From IMG/VR virus record IMGVR_UViG_3300031942_000002: a stretch of 20,000 nucleotides of DNA. One strand, 5' to 3'. The position numbers and the translations under genes were made by a program. The notes beneath the pieces are model-generated. The model worked only from the letters and a program-made list of their open reading frames with translations. It did no database searches and was not told the origin of the DNA. Numbering within the stretch: the stretch's first letter is position 1; each line of letters opens with the position of its first letter. This DNA is from an uncultured virus (IMG/VR IMGVR_UViG_3300031942_000002). Lineage: Duplodnaviria > Heunggongvirae > Uroviricota > Caudoviricetes. Positions 13,927 to 20,000 of this stretch are shown here, piece by piece.

Positions 13927-15441
13927 ATGGCACGAGAACTGAGCCACCCGTTGGCGAAGCTGATTCAGGACATCGTCGGGGCCGCCAAGGAGGTCGGCTG
14001 GCGGCGGATGGCCAGCCCGAAGAAATGGCTGGTGCTGTCCGATGGCAAGGACCCGTTCTGGTTCGATCGACCGGCGGCCTGGCGGGACGGCCAATGGTTG
14101 GCCGACACCAAGCGCGCGGTGATGGGACGGAGCCGGATCCATCCACGCGGCCTGCACTACGTGTTCCTGTCGAGGCAGGTGATCAAGCCGGATGGGTTGC
14201 GCTATGGGTTGGTCGATGACGCGCTGGGCATCAACAATTTGCACAGTGACTGGGTGTGGCTGGGCGAGAACGCCATCAAGTCGGCGCGCTGGTTGGGTCT
14301 GATCCCGTTCGACGAGATCACCGACGAGCGCAACGATGCGCCCGAGGAGCGGCTGTACGAGGAGCCGTTCCCGGGCGGGCTGTGGGCCGAGGTGAACGAC
14401 GAGTTCCAGCTGCCCAACGACGTGCTGCCCACTCTGCACTCCCAGCAGACGCCCGAGCGCGATGACGGGCAGGAGGGTCTGCTGGTGGCCCGGCAGCCCT
14501 ATCACCTGGTGTTCATCGGGGAGAAGTCCAGCCTGTACGCGACGCTGGCGCCGCTGGCCGAGCGCTACCGTGCCGATCTGTATCTGCCCACCGGCGAGAT
14601 CAGCGACTACTACGTGTTCCGCATCGCGGCCAACGCGGTGCAGGACGGCAGGCCTTGTGTGATTCTGTATTTCGCGGACTGTGACCCGAGCGGGCACCAG
14701 ATGTGCATCAGCGTGACCCGCAAGCTGCAGGCCCTGCAGCATTGGGAGGACAGGGAGTGGATCGACGACCTGGACGGCTTCGGTGAGTTGGAGCTGATCG
14801 TCGACCGGGCGGCGCTGACTCCCAGGCAGGTGTCGGAGGAGATCCGCTACACCGATGCCGACGGCAACGAGCAGATGTTGCCGCAGTCCCCGGTCACCCA
14901 GGAGGACCGGCGCCGGGAGAACTGGTCGGTGCGCTACGGGGTGGAGCAGACCGAGATAGATGCGCTGTTGGCACTGGCGCCCGATGTGTTGCCCCAGCTG
15001 GTGGCCGACGCGGTCCAGCCCTACTTCGACGAGACGCTGGACGACCGGGTGCGTGAGGCCGAGCAGGCATGGCTGGCCGAGGCCCAGCGGGCGATCGACG
15101 AGCACCTGGGCGGACGCGACTTCAGCGACCTGCAGCAGCGGTTGGGCGAGATCCGCGAGGAGCTGCCCCGGCTAGCCTCCGAGGCCACCGAGCGGGCCGA
15201 CCTGGCCGAGCTGGACCTGCCCGAGCGCCCTGACACGCCGGAGCCCGAATTGGACGGGGAGCTGCCCGAGCCGCTGTACCATTCGGCCTGGGATTACATG
15301 ACCCAGACACGGCGGCTGCAGTACTCCAAGCGTTATGTCGATGGCGGGCTGACGTTCGTCAACGGCATGTGGGACCGGGAAGCCGATGGTTACCCGGTAA
15401 ATGACGATGAGACCGACGACCAGGAGGACGAGGAAGAGTGA
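13927..15441 (+). CDS. TopoVI-A/Spo11-like protein (winged helix plus TOPRIM), 504 aa
   Basis: AAGGAG SD; IHPRGLHY, ARWLGLIPFDEITDER, VFIGEKS, ILYFADCDPSG, ALTPRQV, EIDAL. Confidence 0.75.
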   Translation: MARELSHPLAKLIQDIVGAAKEVGWRRMASPKKWLVLSDGKDPFWFDRPAAWRDGQWLADTKRAVMGRSRIHPRGLHYVFLSRQVIKPDGLRYGLVDDALGINNLHSDWVWLGENAIKSARWLGLIPFDEITDERNDAPEERLYEEPFPGGLWAEVNDEFQLPNDVLPTLHSQQTPERDDGQEGLLVARQPYHLVFIGEKSSLYATLAPLAERYRADLYLPTGEISDYYVFRIAANAVQDGRPCVILYFADCDPSGHQMCISVTRKLQALQHWEDREWIDDLDGFGELELIVDRAALTPRQVSEEIRYTDADGNEQMLPQSPVTQEDRRRENWSVRYGVEQTEIDALLALAPDVLPQLVADAVQPYFDETLDDRVREAEQAWLAEAQRAIDEHLGGRDFSDLQQRLGEIREELPRLASEATERADLAELDLPERPDTPEPELDGELPEPLYHSAWDYMTQTRRLQYSKRYVDGGLTFVNGMWDREADGYPVNDDETDDQEDEEE

Positions 15442-15596
15442 GGATTTCACTGCTGCAATCCGGTGGCGGCAAGCACGAGCTGCCCGATCACGAGGAGTTC
15501 GCCGGGAGGGGCCGGTTCTGGTTCTTCGACGACGCCGACCACCCCGAGGCTGGCCACCACATGCGATTGATCGAGGATCTTGTCCAAGCGCACTGA
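15438..15596 (+). CDS. hypothetical protein (52 aa), not in ORF track
   Basis: GTGA overlap; MRISLLQSGGGKHELPDHEEFAGRGRFWFFDDADHPEAGHHMRLIEDLVQAH fills the gap. Confidence 0.45.
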   Translation: MRISLLQSGGGKHELPDHEEFAGRGRFWFFDDADHPEAGHHMRLIEDLVQAH

Positions 15597-16302
15597 GGTG
15601 TTCATCGTCGCCCATCCCCACCGGGCGACGATGGCCGAGCAGCTGGCCTCCCAGGTGGGTGACGAGATCGTCTGGGACAGCCTTGGCATGGGCTGTGAAC
15701 GCAACCATGCCAAGGCATTGCATGAGATCGCGCGGATCAACCCGCGCGGGACCGATGACGGCTGGGCGGTGGTGCTCGAAGACGACGCGCTGCCGGTGCA
15801 CCACTTTCGTCACCAGCTGGATGCCATCCTGAAGGTGGCGCCCACCCAGATCGTCAGTCTCTATCTGGGTACCGGCAATCCCACTCACTGGCAGTCCGTC
15901 CTGCAGCGGTCGGTGAACCCGATCGGCGCCGATCCGCACTTCCTGCTGGCGCCCGAGATGCTGTCCATGGTCGGCTACGCGGTCAAGACCAAGCTGGCAC
16001 CCTGGCTGGCCGACCGGGTGGAACGCAACGCCAAGGTGATGTGCGCCGATCGCGCGGTGTCCACGGTGTGCCGGGAGCAGGGCCTGATGGTGGCCTACAC
16101 CCGACCCAGCATCGTCAACCACCGCGACAACGTCTCGTTGATCGCCTCCCGCTTCGACGGCCAGCCCCGGGACAGGGCGCGGGTGGCCTGGAAGTTCGGT
16201 TCCCGGTCCAAGTGGGAGCCGACGGCGGCCATCCTCGACGAGCCCAAGCTGGTCCGCGTGGACGAGCAGGGCGAGTGGTATGAGGTGCGCGACACCATCT
16301 GA
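15580..16302 (+). CDS. GT-A glycosyltransferase (GT25-like, mycobacteriophage type)
   Basis: IVAHPHR, GCERNH, VVLEDDALP (EDD motif), VSLYLG, PSIVNHRD..SLI. Confidence 0.8.
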   Translation: MSKRTEVFIVAHPHRATMAEQLASQVGDEIVWDSLGMGCERNHAKALHEIARINPRGTDDGWAVVLEDDALPVHHFRHQLDAILKVAPTQIVSLYLGTGNPTHWQSVLQRSVNPIGADPHFLLAPEMLSMVGYAVKTKLAPWLADRVERNAKVMCADRAVSTVCREQGLMVAYTRPSIVNHRDNVSLIASRFDGQPRDRARVAWKFGSRSKWEPTAAILDEPKLVRVDEQGEWYEVRDTI

Positions 16303-16344
16303 TTCGCGGCCTCTCCCGCGTTTAAAGGTGAGAGAGGAAGCGAG

Positions 16345-16461
16345 ATGTCGTGGCGGGTGCACCACCAGGTGCCGGAAGGCGTGATCGTCGCGATCGCGAT
16401 GCTGCTGGCCATGCTTGTCACCGCGTACGGCTTGTGGGTAGGGGTGGTCTATGGCTGGTAG
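16345..16461 (+). CDS. single-TM peptide (38 aa), not in ORF track
   Basis: GAGG SD; MSWRVHHQVPEGVIVAIAMLLAMLVTAYGLWVGVVYGW. Confidence 0.55.
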   Translation: MSWRVHHQVPEGVIVAIAMLLAMLVTAYGLWVGVVYGW

Positions 16462-16705
16462 CCATGTGCGCTGCCAGCGGTGCACCCACCCGCACTTCAA
16501 CCACCACCCCGAGTGCTTCTACACCCGCCAGGGCGGTTGGGACGAGAAGCGGAAAGCCTTCTTGCAGATCGACCGTTGCGACTGCAAGGCCTACGTCGGC
16601 ATCGACCCCAAAGACCTCAACGAATGCGATCACGAGTTCCAGCCGACCATCGATGCCACCCTGTGCGTGCACTGTCTCAAGCGGATTCCCGCGCCTAAGA
16701 GGTGA
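16451..16705 (+). CDS. Cys/His zinc-binding protein (84 aa)
   Basis: CxxCxH...HH..C...CxC..Y and CxH...CxxC. Confidence 0.7.
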   Translation: MAGSHVRCQRCTHPHFNHHPECFYTRQGGWDEKRKAFLQIDRCDCKAYVGIDPKDLNECDHEFQPTIDATLCVHCLKRIPAPKR

Positions 16706-16715
16706 AGGAGGCTTT

Positions 16716-17132
16716 ATGACCGAGATCGCCGTCACCGCCTACACGTTCAGCCCCAGCGCGGGCACCGTCACCTTCACCGCGATGACGGTGGTGGACGCGG
16801 CGCGCGTGGTGTCCATCTACGACACCTCCCTTCCCGGCGATATCGAAGGCACCGCCGAGTTCGGCACCGTGCTCTACATCGGTGGTCCGCACCCGACGTG
16901 CACCACCAGCGGCAACGTGGTGTCGCTGCCCAAAGACGCCATCCCGCCGCAGGCAAAGTCCACCGACACGCTGAAAATCAGCTACAACGTCGACCCGCCA
17001 GATGGCTGGCAGACGCTGACTTACGCCAATGTCGCGGCGTTCCCGGCCACCGGCGTCCCCGAAACCCTCTATCTGGCCGCCAATACCGGCCAGCTCTACC
17101 AGTGGAGCGGTGCTGCGTTCGTGGCGGTTTGA
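16716..17132 (+). CDS. virion structural/tail-fibre-associated protein (138 aa)
   Basis: AAGGAGG SD; YTFSPSAGTVTF start and C-terminal YANVAAFPATG...LYLAANTGQLYQWSGAAFV motif typical of tail-fibre modules. Confidence 0.7.
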   Translation: MTEIAVTAYTFSPSAGTVTFTAMTVVDAARVVSIYDTSLPGDIEGTAEFGTVLYIGGPHPTCTTSGNVVSLPKDAIPPQAKSTDTLKISYNVDPPDGWQTLTYANVAAFPATGVPETLYLAANTGQLYQWSGAAFVAV

Positions 17133-17171
17133 GGCCTATAAGGGTGAGAACCCGTCGCGCCAGGAGGAGCC

Positions 17172-20000
17172 GTGTCCGCACCCACGCTCATTAGACGGAA
17201 TCTCACGTTCAATTTCCAACGAAGCGTTAACACCGTCGACGGGGTGCAGGTCCCGCAGACCATTGAGGTGGCCGTCACCCCGCTGGCCACGCCCAGTTTT
17301 CCCGACGTGGCCACCTATGTCGGCGGCGTGCAGGAGCAGACGGTGCTGCTCAACAACGCCACCAACACCGCCGTTTTCGCGCTGGTCCCCAGCAACGCGG
17401 CCGGGCTGACCCAGAACGTCAACTATCTGACCGCCATCCGCCAGGGTGGGGTGACCGGGCCGACCACCAACACGCCGTTTGCGATGCCCGACGCCGACAC
17501 CGATTGGGACACCCTGGTGGCCAGCCTGGGCGAGGTCATCGGCGGGGTGAGCTACGTCCAGCAGACCGACATCGGGGTGGCCGGTGGGGTGGCCGCGCTC
17601 AACAGCTCCGGTGAGGTGGTGGATGCCAGCGGCAACCCGGTCACCGTGCCCGGGGACCTCGCTGCGATCAACACCGCGCTGACCGCCGAGACTCAGGCCC
17701 GTGTCACCGCCGACTCGACACTGAACAGCACGCTGGTTGCGGAGATCAATTCCTCGGCGGCAACCACGCTGAGCACGGCGAAAAGTTACACCGACACCCA
17801 GTTCGAGTCGCTGAGCGCGTCGGTGGCCAGCGAGATCGGCGGCCAGCAGAACGCCATCAACGCGGTCAGCACCGCGCTGACCACTGACAACACCAACCTG
17901 CAGAACCAGATCACCACACTGAACACCACCGTGGCCGGGCACACCGCCGCGCTGCCCAACAAGGCCGATCTGGACACCGGCGGGCATGTCCCGATGACCG
18001 AGATCCCGACGGCCGCCGTCACCGGCTGGATCCCGGTGGCCAATCTGACCGCCATGTACGCGCTGAACTATCCCAACCAGGTACAGCTGGGTGACGTCGC
18101 CTACCTGGCGCCCGGCGGGGTGCCCAGCGGCGTCAGCTATGCGCTGATCGGCACCAACCCGGTGCAGGGCAACAACTGGCTGCCGGTGAATGTGGTCACC
18201 GGAGTCAACGGCAAGACCGGGGACGTGACGCTTAGCGCGAGCGACGTTGGCGCGGTGGCCACCGGCACCGGCACCGTGAACATCGCCCAGGTGACCGGGC
18301 TATCGACCCAGCTGGGCCTGAAAGCCGACGAGACCGATCTGACCACCCTGCAGAACCAGGTCAACATCATCGCGGGCGATCAGACGGTGGTGCACGCCAA
18401 CACGGCGGTGTCGGCCGGGGGCGTGATTCCCGACTCGGTGATGCCCAATGACGTCGCGTTCCTCAACGCGCAGAACAACCTGGTCAAAAAGAACGGCACC
18501 ATCGTCCCGATCGGCAACCTGTCCGGTGTGTCCATGGTCAACGGGCAGACCGGCGTGGTTCAGATCACCCCGTCCAGTATCGGGGCGCTCAACGCCAGCA
18601 CCGGCACCATCACCGAGGGCCAGGTGACCGGCCTGAGCACCGATTTGAACAACCGGGTGCTTTCTACCGACACCCGGCTCACCAACGCGCGTACGCCCAC
18701 CACACACGCCTCTACGCATGCTTCTGGTGGCAGTGACCCGATCACCATCAGTCAGGGGCAGGTGACCGGGCTGTCGACGGCGTTGGGTCTGCTGGCCCCA
18801 CTGAGCCAGCAGCAGGCCAACACCGGCGCCATCACCGCGCTGCAGACCAGCAAGGCCGATCTGGTCAGCGGCACCGTCCCGCTCGCGCAGACGAGTCAGG
18901 TCATCCCGATCAGCTATATCGCGGGCCTAACCCCGTATCTGGCCAACCTCAACGCGACCTACGGCACCTTCGACGCCGCGAAGCTGACCAACCTGGTCAA
19001 CCTGCCTGCCGGGGCGCCCATCTCTGCGATCACCGGGCTGGCCACCGCACTCACCGGCAAGGCGGATCTGACCGGGCCGGGAGGCACCGTCAACCCGGCC
19101 CAGCTGCCTGGCACCGCGCTCACTCACACCTGGCAGGTGACCAGCCAGGCCGCGATGCTCGGGTTGACCCAGGCCACACAGGGCGATGTTTGTGTGATCA
19201 CCCAAGGCGCCAACCTGGGTACCTACATTCTCAACGGATCCGATCCCACGGTGCTGTCCAACTGGGTGCTGCTGCTGTTCCCCGGTGCGGTCACCTCCGT
19301 CAACAGCCAGACCGGCGCCGTCACCATCACTCCCGGGTCGATCGGGGCGATGTATGCCAATACCACCACCATCGGCCAAAACCAGGTGGTGGGTCTGCAG
19401 ACCGCGCTGGCCAACGCGGTTACCAGCAGCCAGCTGAACACGGCGGTAACCACCCAGGTGCAGGCCGCGCAGAGTGCGTCGCAGCCCAACAAGCAGACGG
19501 TCAACTTCGTGGCCACTGCCGCCATCCCCAGCCTGGCGGGCCAGCAGACGGTGGATGGTGTGCTGACCCCGCTGGGCACTCGGGTGCTCGCCACCAATCA
19601 GCCCAGCTCGGTCAACAACGGGATCTGGATCGTCAACAGTGGGGCCTGGACGCGCCCGGCCGACTTCGCCACCGGCAGCTATCTGTTGCAGGGTGCGCTG
19701 GTGGTGGCCACGCAGGGCACCGCGCTGACGTCCACGCTGTGGCAGGAGACTGCCGTCTCCGGCGTGGTGGACACCGCCGTGTCCAACTGGGTCAACATCG
19801 GCAGTGTGGCGGGCCAACAGGCCTACACCCAAGGCAACGGCATCACCATCACTGGCACCCAGGTGGCGGCCAAAGTTGCCACCGGCGGCGGATTGGCGAA
19901 TGGCACCGCCGGGCTGTCGCTGGATCCGGCAGTGAGCCTGAAGAAGGTCACCGGCACCGTCCCGTCCCCCGGCTCGGCGGTGGTGCAGATCACGCACAAC
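17172..20000 (+). CDS. large tail fibre/minor tail protein (>943 aa, 3'-truncated), not in ORF track
   Basis: AGGAGGAG SD, GTG start; same frame at spot-checked positions through 20000; Thr/Gly/Val/Ala/Asn-rich; three VNGKTG-type repeats, IxQVTGL..L..KAD repeats, DTRLTNARTPTTHASTH, QTVDGV...RVLATNQ...NGIWIVNSGAWTR domain. Confidence 0.85.
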   Translation, partial: MSAPTLIRRNLTFNFQRSVNTVDGVQVPQTIEVAVTPLATPSFPDVATYVGGVQEQTVLLNNATNTAVFALVPSNAAGLTQNVNYLTAIRQGGVTGPTTNTPFAMPDADTDWDTLVASLGEVIGGVSYVQQTDIGVAGGVAALNSSGEVVDASGNPVTVPGDLAAINTALTAETQARVTADSTLNSTLVAEINSSAATTLSTAKSYTDTQFESLSASVASEIGGQQNAINAVSTALTTDNTNLQNQITTLNTTVAGHTAALPNKADLDTGGHVPMTEIPTAAVTGWIPVANLTAMYALNYPNQVQLGDVAYLAPGGVPSGVSYALIGTNPVQGNNWLPVNVVTGVNGKTGDVTLSASDVGAVATGTGTVNIAQVTGLSTQLGLKADETDLTTLQNQVNIIAGDQTVVHANTAVSAGGVIPDSVMPNDVAFLNAQNNLVKKNGTIVPIGNLSGVSMVNGQTGVVQITPSSIGALNASTGTITEGQVTGLSTDLNNRVLSTDTRLTNARTPTTHASTHASGGSDPITISQGQVTGLSTALGLLAPLSQQQANTGAITALQTSKADLVSGTVPLAQTSQVIPISYIAGLTPYLANLNATYGTFDAAKLTNLVNLPAGAPISAITGLATALTGKADLTGPGGTVNPAQLPGTALTHTWQVTSQAAMLGLTQATQGDVCVITQGANLGTYILNGSDPTVLSNWVLLLFPGAVTSVNSQTGAVTITPGSIGAMYANTTTIGQNQVVGLQTALANAVTSSQLNTAVTTQVQAAQSASQPNKQTVNFVATAAIPSLAGQQTVDGVLTPLGTRVLATNQPSSVNNGIWIVNSGAWTRPADFATGSYLLQGALVVATQGTALTSTLWQETAVSGVVDTAVSNWVNIGSVAGQQAYTQGNGITITGTQVAAKVATGGGLANGTAGLSLDPAVSLKKVTGTVPSPGSAVVQITHN

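Noticed and set aside
13927..15441. Wadjet JetD / complete Wadjet system
   Set aside because: No jetA/B/C (SMC) genes nearby, and an N-terminal Tyr-containing winged-helix-like motif is present
1148..19997. Long minus-strand ORFs in the track (1148..2119, 2541..3530, 4466..5389, 8202..9095, 13864..15105, 15172..16500, 17136..17987, 18927..19997)
   Set aside because: Antisense shadows of GC3-rich + strand genes; no motifs and typical V/L/H/R/G-rich shadow composition
1..20000. CRISPR array, tRNA/rRNA, IS element, DGR template/variable repeat
   Set aside because: None seen by eye: no regularly spaced repeats, cloverleafs, transposase or RT. tRNAscan-SE/Infernal would be needed to exclude structured RNAs

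Overview
High-GC, densely packed, almost entirely + strand region with many short genes joined by ATGA/GTGA/TGATG overlaps. It looks like the accessory/early region of a large actinobacterial, probably mycobacterial, phage or prophage (inference from DUF732, mycobacterial-type secreted proteins, a mycobacteriophage-type glycosyltransferase and tail-fibre motifs). It runs into a structural module at about 16.7 kb, ending in a >940-aa tail-fibre-like ORF that leaves the window. Recognisable products: two XRE HTH proteins, an AlpA/Xis-like HTH protein, a permuted arginase/deacetylase-fold protein, a degenerate PyrE-like PRTase, DUF732, an HNH-like protein that apparently starts at CTG, a stand-alone TopoVI-A/Spo11-like TOPRIM protein, a glycosyltransferase and tail proteins. 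About ten real-looking small genes are missing from the ORF track, including a lipoprotein, TM peptides, Zn fingers and two minus-strand genes. Main leads: (i) a self-contained cassette of a divergent HTH plus four Cys-paired secreted proteins plus a terminator; (ii) a paralog pair of unknown HxVxGH(Y/F)K proteins; (iii) recurring regulatory motifs (leaderless extended -10 promoters, a TYAACCT-N4-GGTAA operator-like site, 11-bp-phased CTAAYYT repeats, a candidate late promoter); (iv) the B-subunit-less type IIB topoisomerase-like gene. All family calls come from motif recognition by eye; no searches were run.
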